Of a DNA stretch of 64,000 nt, positions 25,287-37,631 are shown one piece after another (position 1 is the stretch's first letter; every line of letters begins with the position of its first letter). The stretch is taken from NCBI GenBank assembly GCA_001179505.1, contig CDMY01000212.1, positions 62,001 through 126,000 of the forward strand, in the 5' to 3' direction. The notes below the pieces were generated by a model. It was not told where the DNA came from. It was given only the letters and a program-made list of their open reading frames with translations, and ran no database searches. The position numbers were made by a program, and so were the translations under genes. Source of the stretch: Vitrella brassicaformis CCMP3155 (taxonomy: Eukaryota; Protista; Chromerida).

Positions 25287-25934
25287 TCTCGAACTTTGTA
25301 GTCGAGGTGGTGGGAGATTGACCGACGGAAACAGAAGGGGAACGGTAGCAAACGAATCAGTAGAAGGAGATGCACGAAAGCCGACTGAACGAAGACGCTA
25401 CAATTCGCTGGAATTCGCAAGCGAACTCACCGTGTGCGAGCTCGTGGGACCAGTGGCCTGGCGCGATCTACGAGACACGCAATTAACCCAAACCCTAAAT
25501 TTCTTTTTCGTAAATTTCTTCAACAAAATTCCAGCGATTTCGAGCAGTTCCCTTGAGTCAATTGTGTTCCAGCTTCTTCGTCTAGAGCGTTTGCTGCCGT
25601 TCCTTTGCTGTTTTTGTTGGTCCGTTTCCCACCAACTCGGTATTCAACTCCGAGAATGATGGGCTCAGTCAGTGCTTTGGGCACCTCCACGACGGGGAAA
25701 TCGGGTGTCCCCGAAGGAGAGGAGAAGAAATAGTAAGGGGGGAGGGCGGAGAGAGGCGGGGGACGCTCGGGAAGACCCCACACACGCTGGCAGCATGGTG
25801 CATGGTCCGGAGGGGTGCTTTTTGGTTCTTCTCTGTGTGTTGTGGTGCAGCGCACTCAAGGCGTCGATCACCTGGCCAATGGCGCTCGCGAGCATCCCGT
25901 GCATCGCCCTCCTGAGCATCCCGGTCGGCGGCTG
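25008..25934. repeat. Inverted duplication (arms ~25008-25293 and ~25650-25934) producing a head-to-head paralog pair
   Basis: The reverse complement of the left arm aligns gap-free with the right arm across exon 1, the 118-nt intron and the start of exon 2. Confidence 0.95.
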
Positions 25935-26128
25935 TCCTTTGTCTTCATGTGACCATTTTCCCACTGGTATCCGCCAAGCACCGCACGTACTGTAGATGGG
26001 GCACATGTGTGTATGGTCTGTATGTCCGTGTGTGTGTTTTGCAGATATTGCTGGGCTCCCGGGCTCCATGCATTTTTCTTGACTATCGCTGCCTACGTTT
26101 TATATTTGGCAGCAGCTTGCCTTTTTGA
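25656..26128 (+). pseudogene. Paralog B of the 24123-25286 membrane protein; apparently frameshifted/truncated after ...SIPVGGC
   Basis: MMGSVSALGTSTTGKSGVPEGEEK|KYALKASITWPMALASIPCIALLSIPVGGC is near-identical to paralog A. After 25934 similarity (VLCLHVTIFPL vs VLAVLLALLPL) resumes only in a shifted frame, consistent with a 2-nt loss in a TGTGT run. Could be an assembly error. Confidence 0.55.
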
Positions 26129-27532
26129 TCGCATGAGCAGCCCCTGCGCTTCTCTGCACTGACTGTGACTGTGACTGTTAGTGTGCCGTCATCGAGCAGG
26201 ATCTGCGGATGGGTGAATTGAGGGTATCTTGGGATTCGTCTTACTGCAGTGGGCTTATTTCGAACTGAGGGAATGAATGGTTATTTGAGGCGGTGGTTTG
26301 GTTGGTGAATGCGTGTGGATCTATCCATAGCTCTCACACTCTCTCGGTGGTTGATTGCTGGCTGTGCACTTTGCCGACTCATAGTATCATGGATTGACAC
26401 ATTAACAGACAACTCGCATTCATGCCAGACCGTGTCAACTCACAGCTGGCCTGCGTCTGTCATACACATGAAAACACATAAAAACACATACACACACACG
26501 CACACACATGCATCCGTATCGCATCGCATCGCTGGCTACGCGAAGGAATCAATGATCGACCAATCAAACACACGGGTGGGGAGGGCGGGCGGCTATGCAA
26601 TCAGCCGAAAACACACACACACACGCAGACAAACGGTCGAGGGACGAGAAGAGGCAAGGCAGGCAGGCAGGGAGGCAACGAGGCGAGGCAAGAAATGATG
26701 CGGCGAGTCGACACGGACACGGTTTCGCCGCCCATACGTACACCAATTAAGAGAAATGACAAGGCAGACAGACAGACAGACGGGCAATGAAAGGGAAGCA
26801 GATGGCCGAGGCTCCATTTACAAAGCCAACTGGACAGACAGACAGACAGGCAGACAGAGAGACAGACGCCACTCACTTGTGGAGCAAACTACCAGCCAGC
26901 CAGCATGCTACCTACCCATCGCCCCCCTCCCTCACCGATCGATCAAGATCTATCTACCCATCTCTAAATCCATCTCCATCCATCTCTATGTGCGTGTGTG
27001 TGCATTGCATCCGTCCGGTGCGGTGTGTGGCCATCCATCCATCCCATCCGTGAGAGAGAAAAACAGCCAGCCCAGCCAAGCCCAACACACTGCTCGACAA
27101 AGGGACGTCTGCCATGCGTGTGTGACGCAGTAGCGATGATCCCCTCGACCTCATGGATTGATTGATTAATCGGTGCGGGCAGTGTGGTGTGGTGTGTTGT
27201 GTTGTGTTCGCAACGCTCGTGTCGGTCGGTCGGTCTGTCTGTCTGTGCTTGTGCACACCATACATGTGCCGAGCACGTGTGGTGACAAACACACAAGGCA
27301 ATGTGCTCTGCACAGACCGCTATCTATCGCAACCTCCCCTCCATCTATCTATCCATCCATCCATCCATCCATCCACACACACACCCCTCCCTCCCTCAGC
27401 CAGTCAGTCAGCCAGTCAATCCAGCACACAGACATCGATCGCATCACACACATCACACCACATCGTCCCACCCTCCTCTCTCCCTCGCCGAAATGTGTAC
27501 GGCTGCTCTGCTCATCATGTTGATCGATTTAT

Positions 27533-28095
27533 CTATCCCTCGTTGATGGTGACGAGTTCGTATTCGGTGGACGAGACGTCGTTGCCCTCGTTGATCTCGA
27601 ATTTGGCCTCCTCCTCGGCCTGGACGATCTTGCCCCACTTGTCGACCTCCAGCCGGATGTGGCCCTTGAACATCTGGATCTTGCCGTTGCGCACCACGAT
27701 CGTCTTGCCAGGCTGGCACGTCTCGATCTGCTCGCCGCGCAGCGTCAACGTCACCATGCCCGTGTCGTCGCCTGACAGACAGTTGGTTGGCCAACACACA
27801 CAACACACCCACACCCACACCCACACACACATCGAGACACACAGAAGACAGTCAGGTCCAAGTGCATGGTTTCCCATTCATCGCATCGTGTGTGCCTCTG
27901 CCTGGTCTGGTGTCTGTCTGCCCTACCGGCGATGGCCTCTCCGATGCGCATCTTGCTGCCGTCCTGGCGGTCCTTCTCGAGTTTGGTGTGTGAGGTCTTG
28001 ACCTTGAGGATGACATTGACGCCCCTGGAGTCAGGCTGCAGCTGGTCCACCTTGATGAAGGTGGGCTTCTTGAGCACTATGCCGTTCGACGCCAT
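27533..28095 (-). CDS. Single OB-fold nucleic-acid-binding protein (SSB/RPA-like small family), 2 exons
   Basis: MASNGIVLKKPTFIKVDQLQPDSRGVNVILKV...IA|GDDTGMVTLTLRGEQIETCQPGKTIVVRNGKIQMFKGHIRLEVDKWGKI; D-D-T-G plus NGKIxMFKGxxRLxVDKWG OB motif. Confidence 0.9.
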
Positions 28096-28572
28096 CGCTC
28101 TGCTGTGGTTTGCTCGGGAGTGGGAAATGGGAGTTCGCGCTCAACCGACAGCTCCTCGGCGGGCTTCACAGTCGTCTGTTTGCGTCGTCTCAGCCCAAAG
28201 TGTCCAGATCGCTGGCCGTTCAGCTCGCATCTTGGACAGAGGCTTGGAGGCGCCCGCAGACAAGGCATCTGAAGCTGTCTGCAGCACAGAAGGGGGCGCA
28301 CATCTGCAGCCAGTCGGCGGAGGGACAGAAAAGGGAGGTGCGCACTGCCTGCCTGAGAGGGACAGGCCGGCCACGCAAGGGGCGACACCATTCTCCTCGA
28401 GGCCTTCGGTAAGCAGCCCAACCAGCAGATCTTACGCACCTGGCAAGACGGCGCTCTGTCAGTCTGCCTGCCTGCCTGCCTGTCTGTTTTTGCTTGCCTA
28501 TCTTCACTTTCAGTTGCGTGGTGCTGGGCAAAGTTTTATACGCCTGAGCAGCAAACAAAGATCAAGGGCAAG

Positions 28573-30732
28573 ATGGTGGAGCTGATCGCCAAGGCCTGCA
28601 GAGTGGGGGCCGAGGAGGAGGCCATCCTCCCGCCCCTCCAGTCGGCCGAACGCAGCAGCGGCCTGTACGAGGCCTCCCGCCAGCGCATCCTCACGTACCT
28701 CCCCCCGCCCCCGCCCCAAGATCCCGACACGGCCAGCATCCCCGCCCTCTGTGTGCCGTACCGGGAGCCCGCTGACGGCACCGCGCCCTACAGCGGGCAG
28801 ACTGTGGTGTTCTTCCACAGCCGCGAGACCGGCCTGGCTGACGCCGACACGATCCAGTATGTGCGCCTTCTGTCGCTAGCCTTTCGGGCGACAGTGGTCG
28901 CACCGGAGTGGTACCCATTCGCTCCCAGACGGTGAGAGGGACAGGGACAGGGAGTGTGTGTGTGCGTGGTCATGGCTGCTGTGTGTGTTGGTTGTGCTGT
29001 ATACAGTCGTCGCCTCGAGTCGTTGGAGGCGTTTGTGAGTCATTTCCGTGGTCTGCTGACGGAGAAAATGGGTCTGGTGCCATCGCAACTCATCATCGCA
29101 GGAGTGGGCCTCGGCGGCACACTCGCCGTCACGCTCGCCACAGACGGCTGGTACCAGGAGGCAGTCGCCGGCCTCTTCCTCGACGGGCTCGTGGCCAGAC
29201 TCGCCGACGCCGCGCCGGCCTACCTCGCCGACACGGCCAAGTACAATTGGCTCGCACCTTATGCCAACAAAATGTTTCAAGGTGACATAGATCAGATCGA
29301 TATATCAGCGGGACGCAGATATATGGCTGGGCTGATTGCGCATATGTTTTTTGTGTTGTGTGTTTGGTGTTGTGTGTCTGTGTGTGTAGGGGATTTGAAC
29401 GTGATGGGGAGCGTGAATCGCCCCAAAGTGCCGCTGTTCCAGGTCCACGGCGGAGCCGACGAGATCGCACCGCTGGAGAGCGCTCGGGCGTTCTTCAGCG
29501 CAGCCACGTCGCCACTCAAAGTCTGGCGGGTACGTCAGAGAGACGCAAATAGCACTGCACTCAGATACACACACACACAGACGGATGGATGGATGCGATG
29601 GATGGATGCGGTGGATGCCACCGTTGTCTGTCTGTCTGTCTGTCTGTTGGCCTGCAGGTTTTCCCATACGGTGGTCATGGGCAGGCGATTCGGGAGCTGG
29701 AGTGCACGCCGAGATTCCTGGCGGTTAGCTGAGAAAGGGAGAAAAGGCATCCACACCGGTGTGTCCACACGTGTGTCTGTGTCTGGATTCCTTCGCTTGA
29801 TTGATCAGGACTTGATGGTGTGGGGCGAGCAGCTCCGTCAGCTGCGGGCCCCCGTCCGCCTCAGCCCCCCCACCCTGCCCTACCATTTCCCGCCCAGGCT
29901 CCTGCTCCCCTCATCTGACGACACTGACGGATTCGCAGGGCCCTTCGCCAGAGGGGAGGCCGAGGTTACCTTCGACCGCCGTGAGGTCATCCTCGACACG
30001 TCCAACCCGCCCGCGCCCTCTTCGTTTTTCCACGGGCTGGTGCGATTCTCGCCCAAGGACTTCAAGAAGGCCTACAAGGACGTCAAGAAGTGGACCTCAC
30101 ACCGGGTGCCCTGCCCCATCACGGCCAACGACTTCATGCCGCTGGACTTGGCCTCGCTCGGCTGCGCCATCGACCGCTTCCGCACCGAGATGATCAAGCC
30201 GGGCACGCCCATCGCTGGCTCGAGGTCGCCCTCCCAGTCCCCCTCTCCCTCTCCGCCCTCGCCCAACAACGGCAGCAGCCCACCCATCGGCCCCCTCACC
30301 ACCATCACCACCCCTCCCCCTCCCGGCAGCAGCAGCAACAACCAGCAGCAGCGGCCAACAGTGGAGAAGAAACCAAGACCGGGCCCCAGGCTGCCGCATG
30401 TGCACTCGATGATCAGCACCGACGTGGGGAGCCCCCGGGAGTCGCCGCGTTTCGGCGCTGGGTCGGACCGCAGTGGGATGTTGTCGCCCGACGACAAGAA
30501 GAATGGCGGTGTGCAGCGGGATGTGAGCGAGGGGCTGAACGGGAGGGGGTTGAGGCGGGGCGTGCGGGTGGTGACCGAGCCGGTGCACGGCAACGCCATG
30601 CGCGAGGACAGTGAAATTGACGGAGGGGGCGACGGGTTTGACTCGCACTGGGAGGAGCTGGTCTTCGAGGTGGGGATGGAGATGAAGGCCACGGGGAGGG
30701 ACATTCTCGACGTCGTCAGGAAGAAAACGTGA
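28573..30732 (+). CDS. Alpha/beta-hydrolase-fold protein (ABHD-like) lacking the nucleophile Ser; low-complexity C-terminal extension
   Basis: TVVFFHS, VVAPEW, LIIAGVGLGG (nucleophile-elbow position), PLFQVHGGADEIAP, VFPYGGHG; five exons. Confidence 0.75.
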
Positions 30733-32798
30733 GGGAGGGAGGGAGAGATGGGTCGGTCGCTGTGAGTACTGACTGTGCATGGGGTGGGTACATGGGTGGG
30801 TGGATGAAAGCAGAGAGAGATCGAGACAATTTTCTAAGGCGGACGGGGCGGGGCGGGGAGGGGAGGGAGGGCGAGAGTGTCTCTCTCCTCTCCCCCTTCG
30901 TTCGTTCGTTCGTTGTTGCTTTCGTTGTGAAGATAGGTAGGTAGAGTACAATTAGCCTGACTGCTGCTGGTGATGGATGCTGCGTAGACTGTCCTGTGTG
31001 CTATGCTGTGATGTCATGTATAGGCAGGCCATATGGCAGGTTCTTTACGTCAGGTGAGTGAGTGAGCGAGTGAGTGAGTAGGTAAGCATGTGGGTGTACA
31101 GTGCATATTTATTCGCACATACATACATACATACATCGAGGCAGGCCGAAAGGTTGATGGATGGATGAGACCATCATGCAGGCAGCCAATCGCATCCATC
31201 TATGTGCCATCCACCCACCCGCCCACCCACCCGCCCATCCGTCCATCCATCCATGCCAATTGATTTATATCGCTCGCTCACTAGGAGATAAGACAGACAG
31301 ACAGACAGAGGAAAATAGGAGGGAGGGACACATGTTCTTCCCCTTCCCTCCCCTCCGCCCGACCGCCATCACATCTCCCACCTTCTGTCTGTCTTCTGCC
31401 TACCTTCTGTCTGTCTGTCTGTCTGTCTGTCTGTAAGCCGCAAGCCGAAATGAGCTGTAAGGGCGCCGTACGCATGCATACCCACATATCTATCACGGCT
31501 GGAGAGGCAGGCCTGAATACCAACCGTACGTACGAGCATCCGAAAGCGGATGGGTGGATTGACTGATGTGGCGTGACGGCCTGTGCAGGGCGGGCCATAG
31601 AGTCAAAGAGTAGAGGCACGAGAGGGAGGGAGGGAGGGAGGGAGAGAGGGAGGGCGGGAGGAAGACTGACTGACTGACTGACTGAGGGGGGCGCCGCCTT
31701 GCTGGCTGGCCTCTGCTCCGTTCATGCGTGTCACGTAACTGGGTCTTCATGTCGATAGCTTGCTATTTATTCACTTTATCGATGTATGTAATGTGATGGA
31801 CGAGAGGAGAGATGGGACGGAGGGAATCTACATCTCTCTCTATCGTAGCAGCTAGGTGAGGTGTGCATAGACAGACAGAGACCAGCGAGTGCCATCTGTC
31901 TCCCGCCCGCCCGTCTTACTTACACAAAATGGATGCATCGCACACAACGACGACAGACCGGCTGGGGATGGGTGGGTGAGGGGTAAGTTTGTCATCTTAA
32001 GTTGTTTTCGGTGGTGCTCTGTAGGGGAGGGCCGACTCACAGACAGACAGACAGACAGCCAGAGTCGGCCTCCACATTTTTGTACCATCACACATAGATA
32101 GAGAAGGACCTAGGCGAGGCACACATGAGTTCTGCGTACCATAGACACTCCACTGATCTCGTTGGTAGCTGTAATTTTGTGAGGGGCGTCGATGGGCGTA
32201 GGAGTATGACACTGTTTATTGTGTGGATGCACACGAAGCAGTCAGTCACACCGAAGACGATGCAAGCCGTCGGTTTGTGTGATCGGCTGCCGACCTTTTC
32301 GACTGACTGGCTGGCTGGCAGGAAAGTGTTTGTCTTCTTCCTGCCTGTATCTCCGTCTGTCCGTCTGTCTGTCTGTCTGTCTGCACAAGTTTCCGCATCT
32401 TCCATCCATCTCGACTGCACACACGTACTATATCGGTTTGATCGCTGTTGCATTAATTGCACAATGTTTGTACCACGTCTGTCTGTCTGTCTGTATGTAT
32501 GTCTGTATGTCAATCTGCGTGTAATGTGTGGGAAGCGGCAACCGTTGCAAGTAAGCTTGTGCGGGGCATCGCGTCAGTCCACGACCGGAGGGAGGGCGAT
32601 ACATGTGATGTGCATATTCGTTCGACTCGGGGGGCTGTGGGACGCGTCTGTCTGTACATGCGCTGCCTAGGGGATGAGACGAACAAGGAAGGAAAGAAGT
32701 TTGCAATGCATAGCATCTTCACTACGAAAAAGAAACCGTGCCAGCGCTGCGAGCTTAGAGAGGTCGATGAAAGATCGGTGTATCGTGTGGTCTTGCCA

Positions 32799-35700
32799 AT
32801 GTCGCGATTCCGCCTGCCCATTCCCTCAGTGCCTCCCACCGCAGCATGGAGGACGCAGCGCAGACTCATCGCAACCACAACAGTCACCAGTGCGGATCAT
32901 GAGTGGCAAAACAAGTCGGCTATGCGGCTGGGTGCGTGCCAGTGGGCGGTTCTTCACCGCCACTGTCAGATCCAGATCCGCCCGTTCTCCTCTCCGCCCT
33001 CGCCACCCCGCTCCCCCGCCTCCGCACAATACTCCCCACTGCCGCGCGACGCTGTGGCCGCTATGATGGGGCCTGAGGGCCTGCCAGACAAGGAGGCCCT
33101 CGAGCAGATGGAACAGCGGGCCAGGAGAATGTCAAACGTCTGGGTGAGTCCTTGAATGAATGCAGGATGCATGTCTGTCGTGGTGTGGGGTGGGGTGTGA
33201 TGCTTCTCGCATCACGCGCGGGTGTGGTGTGTCAACCAGGTCAACCGCATCCTGGGCCTGGCCGTGGGGTTCTTCAGCGTGTATACCTTCTCCACTTTGC
33301 GTGACGTCAACTCGCCGCTGTACCCGTTTGTGACGCAGATGCTGCAGAAGGTCGACCCCGAGACAGCTCACGACATCGTCATGTGGGCGGCCGCACACGA
33401 CCTGCTGCCTGAAGACCTGGATAAGGACGACCCTGCAGCAAGGGTTGCACTCGCTGGTGGGTGGGTGGGTGGGGGGATTGATACCTGTACTCGTGGATGG
33501 CCCAGAGAGAGAGATGTGATGTGATTGATGTGTGTGGCGGTCAGATGGTCAGTTGAGGCTTCCCAATCCCGTCGGCCTTGCGGCTGGCTTCGACAAGAAC
33601 GCTGAAGGGCCGCTGTCCTTCCTCAAGTGAGTGCATGAGGCATGCAGGGCAGGCAGACCTGCAGACCTGCAGACAGACAGACAGACAGACAGACAGAGAG
33701 ACCCCATTCGTTGCGCACACACCACACCATCGGAAGCACGTGTGTGTACGTGACGTGTGTGGTCATTCAGGATGGGTTTTGGGTTTGTGGAGGTGGGATC
33801 AGTGTGTCCCGAGCCGCAGAGCGGCAACCCTACGCCGCGCATCTTCAGGCTAGGGGAAGACGCCGCCATCGTCAACAGATGCGGATTCAACAGGTGGGGC
33901 GGTCGGGAGGGATCCATATGGCTACCTACCTGGAGTGGAGGTCTGCAGACACGCCCGCGTGTGTGTGTGGTCAGCGATGGTATAGCCAAGGTTGAAGAGC
34001 GTCTGAAGGCGATGCGCAAGGTCAAGGAGAAAGAGCCTCTCACCAGAATGGGCAAAATCGGCGTCAACCTGGGTAACACAACACACACACACACACACAC
34101 TCTCCCCTCTCTGTATGGCACCCTCCAGGCAAAAACAAGACCTCAACCGACGCAGCTGCCGACATCCGAGAGGGCGCGAGGCGTCTGGGTCCCCTGGCCG
34201 ACTACCTGGTCATCAACGTGTCGTCGCCCAACACCCCCGGCCTGCGGGCGCTGCAGCAGCGTGACGAGCTGGCCAAGCTGGTCGACGCCGCGCAGGAGGA
34301 GATCGGCACCTTTAAGATACACAAACCGCCGCTCTTTATCAAAATTGCGGTGGGTGGGGGAATGGGATGTATGTGGTTGGGGGGGGGGGGGGNNNNNNNN
34401 NNNNNNNNNNNNNNNNNNNNNNNNNNNNNNNNNNNNNNNNNNNNNNNNNNNNNNNNNNNNNNNNNNNNNNNNNNNNNNNNNNNNNNNNNNNNNNNNNNNN
34501 NNNNNNNNNNNNNNNNNNNNNNNNNNNNNNNNNNNNNNNNNNNNNNNNNNNNNNNNNNNNNNNNNNNNNNNNNNNNNNNNNNNNNNNNNNNNNNNNNNNN
34601 NNNNNNNNNNNNNNNNNNNNNNNNNNNNNNNNNNNNNNNNNNNNNNNNNNNNNNNNNNNNNNNNNNNNNNNNNNNNNNNNNNNNNNNNNNNNGGGGGGGG
34701 GGGGGGGGTCAGGAGGATGCGGCACGTGTGTGTGTGCGTGTGTGGTGTTGCTGTTGTGCAGCCGGATTTGTCACATGAGGATAAGAAGGACATCGCCGAC
34801 CTGGTCAGTGAGCTTGACGGAGAGAGAGCCGGCTGTGAATTCATCGCACCGATTCAGTGGTTCGGCCTCTGTGTGTTGGTGTGTTTGTAGGTTCTTGCCA
34901 AGGGCGTGGAGGGCCTCATCGTCTCAAACACCACAGTGCGCCGCGCCCGCCTCGGAAGGAAACTACTACAGTTGGTTGGTGAGTTCCTCATTCCCTGCCT
35001 GTGTTGTGTTGTGTTATCTCAGGTTTCTCGCCCGGAGAGCCTCAAGAGTCCCAACAAGACAGAGGAAGGTCAGCCGCCGACCAGAAATGTTCACACACCG
35101 GCAGACACACAAACACACACGTCACGTCGATTTGTGCTTCTTTCTTTATCCGTCAGGTGGGTTGAGCGGCTGGCCGCTGAAGGAGATGTCGACAGAGTGC
35201 GTGCGGGACATGTACCGCCTCACACAAGGCAAAGTCGACATCATCGCGGTCAGCGCCATGCATGGACGCCACGCCAAGCTACACACGACAGACGCACTCT
35301 CCCGCATCCCCGTCTGTCTGCCTGTCTGTCTGTTGTTTTGTGTCGTGTCATCCATCGATTCATTCCTTTCAGTGTGGTGGTGTGTTCACTGGACGTGATC
35401 TGATGGAGAAGATCGACGCCGGCGCATCGGCAGTGCAGATCTACACATCCATGGTATGTCAGTTAGTCAGAACCAGCCAGCCAGCCCCAGCCAGCACCAC
35501 ACCTACGTCGCTTCTGCCTGCTCGGCTCATGCATGCATATGATATGTTCATCCCATCCACCACCCTCCCTCCAGGTGTATCGTGGCCCCTCCGCCGCCCG
35601 CATGATAAAAAACGACCTCGCATACATCATGTTCAAACGAGGTCGGGCGGTTGGTTGGTCAGTCAGTCAGTCAGTCAGGAGACACACACACACACACACG

Positions 35701-35916
35701 CGCACACCTCTTCACGATTCCTCTGTCTGTCTGTCTGTCTTTTTGTCTGTCTATCTGGGCGTCTTTGCGTGTGTGTCTCTGGGTGCAGCGCTCAGGACTT
35801 TGCGTGATGCGGTGGGCAAGGGAGTGCGCGAGGCCGACGACGGAGAGGCGGCAGCAAAGCGGCCAAAAAAGTCCAAGAAGCCGAAGAAGGTCCCGAAGCC
35901 GAGCTTCGACGTGTGA
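32799..35916 (+). CDS. DHODH: Dihydroorotate dehydrogenase (quinone), class 2, mitochondrial
   Basis: [103 protein letters not shown]; N-terminal TM and presequence. Confidence 0.97.
34393..34692. other. Assembly gap (300 N) within a DHODH intron, flanked by G-runs
   Basis: N run visible in the sequence. Confidence 1.
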
Positions 35917-36141
35917 AGGTCGTGGCTAGCGAAGTGGAGAGGGTGCGTCCATACCTGTGTGTGCGTGGGGCCGCATCTTATTGTTGATATGACGACATAG
36001 AGCAGGCAGGCCAACAGAATCGAACCATGAATAAGACACCCTCCTTGTTTGTTGACGGACTGACGGACAACATTTCACGAGCAAGGCGCACACAGGGTAG
36101 GCAACTAACTGCATGGCATGGATGAGTCCATCGTCCGTTAG

Positions 36142-36643
36142 TCAGAATCCCCCCAGGCTCCATGCATCAGGGTCGATAAGGCGGTACTCACACCCTTTTG
36201 ACGTGCTCTTCGGCTGCAAACAACACGACCACACCTTCTTCTCTCTCCCCCCACCCTTCAAGACCATCACCCCACCCTCTCGCTCCCCCTCCCCCTCCCC
36301 CTCTCGCTCCCCCAGAGCACCATCCAGCATTGTCTCCGTGTCTGCCAGACCCCCGCCCGCAGCCGCCGGCTGCTGTTTCTTCTCGTCTCCGCTCGATGGG
36401 AGGCTTGTGTCCTGGTCGTGCAGCTGGTCCTGCTCATCGTTCATGAGGCTGTCAGTGTCGCTCTCTATCTCGTTGGCCCGGTTGGCCAGCCGGTCCTCCC
36501 TCTCCTTTGTGAGGGCTGGGGCGGGCTTGTAGCGGCCGGGGTGGAAGTATTCCTTGTACTTGCGGTAGGGGAGCGTCAGCGAGAGATTTGGCCTGTATAC
36601 CCAGCAGACAGACAGACAGACAGAGAGAGAGAGACAGAGAGAC

Positions 36644-36676
<33 letters not shown>

Positions 36677-37507
36677 CAGAGAGACATTTTCAGACATCAG
36701 GAATTCCTTGTCGTGTGTGTGTGACGTGCCTGAATGTCTCAGCAGCCACGGGGAAGTATGTCTGCTGCCTCGCCTGGCACTCCAAGTCACGCATGATGCG
36801 GAACGCCTCAGCCTGGTACTTATTCTCCGAGTGGCCCGGCAGCTCCTTCTTTAGTTGCTCAATCAGTAGCTCCCTGGCCCCCCTCTGCGCCACCTTCCTC
36901 TCCCTCCCCTCGAACGTCATCGCCTCAGTCTTGCTAAAGGGCGTTATGTAGTCGCCCCTCAGGTATCGAGTCGGCGTGCCCCTGTGCTTCGCCACCTTGT
37001 CTTCGAACGCCGCCGTCCACTGCTTCCGCTCCCGCTGCTCAATAACGGTGCTGCCCTTCCATGTGTCCATGCCTTCCGCTTTCCTCTCAGGCCCATCCCA
37101 CAGCTTGATGCCCTTGGGGAGCGGCATACGGTCGAGGCCTTCCTTTGCGGGGTTCTCTTTCAGCCGCGGCAGGACGTTGCGGGGCTCCCTTGTGTGCGTG
37201 CTCGGCTGCCATGGGGGCGGGTGGACCGCCAGACGGTCTCCTGCAATCGTCTTGAGCACTTCTTTCTTCTTGGTCAGCGCCGAAGCGGGCGTGTCAGACA
37301 CGTGGAAGACCTTCTCCCCAAGCCGATAACTCAGCCGGTTGCTACAGAGAGCATCGCATCATGCCATTGGGAGGACGTTGAATGTAGGTCGCGAATGCGT
37401 GTGTGTGTGTGTGTGTGTGTGGATGGTTCTCACCTTCTGGCGCTGCCGATACGAAATTTCGACTTGAGAGGCGGACGTCTGGGGGGGTCCGGTGAGGGCG
37501 ACGCCAT
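36142..37507 (-). CDS. Hypothetical protein with C-terminal split Btk-type zinc-binding motif
   Basis: MASPSPDPPRRPPLKSKFRIGSARR|gtgag...ctgtag|SNRLSYRLGEKVFHVSDTP...; last exon contains YFHPGRY...KVWSCCLQPKSTSKGCE. Confidence 0.7.
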
Positions 37508-37631
37508 TGCAAGCGGATTAAGGCCGTCAGCCAACACGCCAGAGGCTCCACGGCGGTGTCACTGGGTGAAAAGGGCCTGAAATTTGGGGGACCAACGGAA
37601 GGAAAAGCTCGCTATGCGCCTAGGGTGCTCC

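Noticed and set aside
31900-32790. ORFs 32125-32670 and the upstream part of 32457-33155
   Set aside because: Repeat-containing and motif-free; the DHODH presequence more plausibly starts at 32799.
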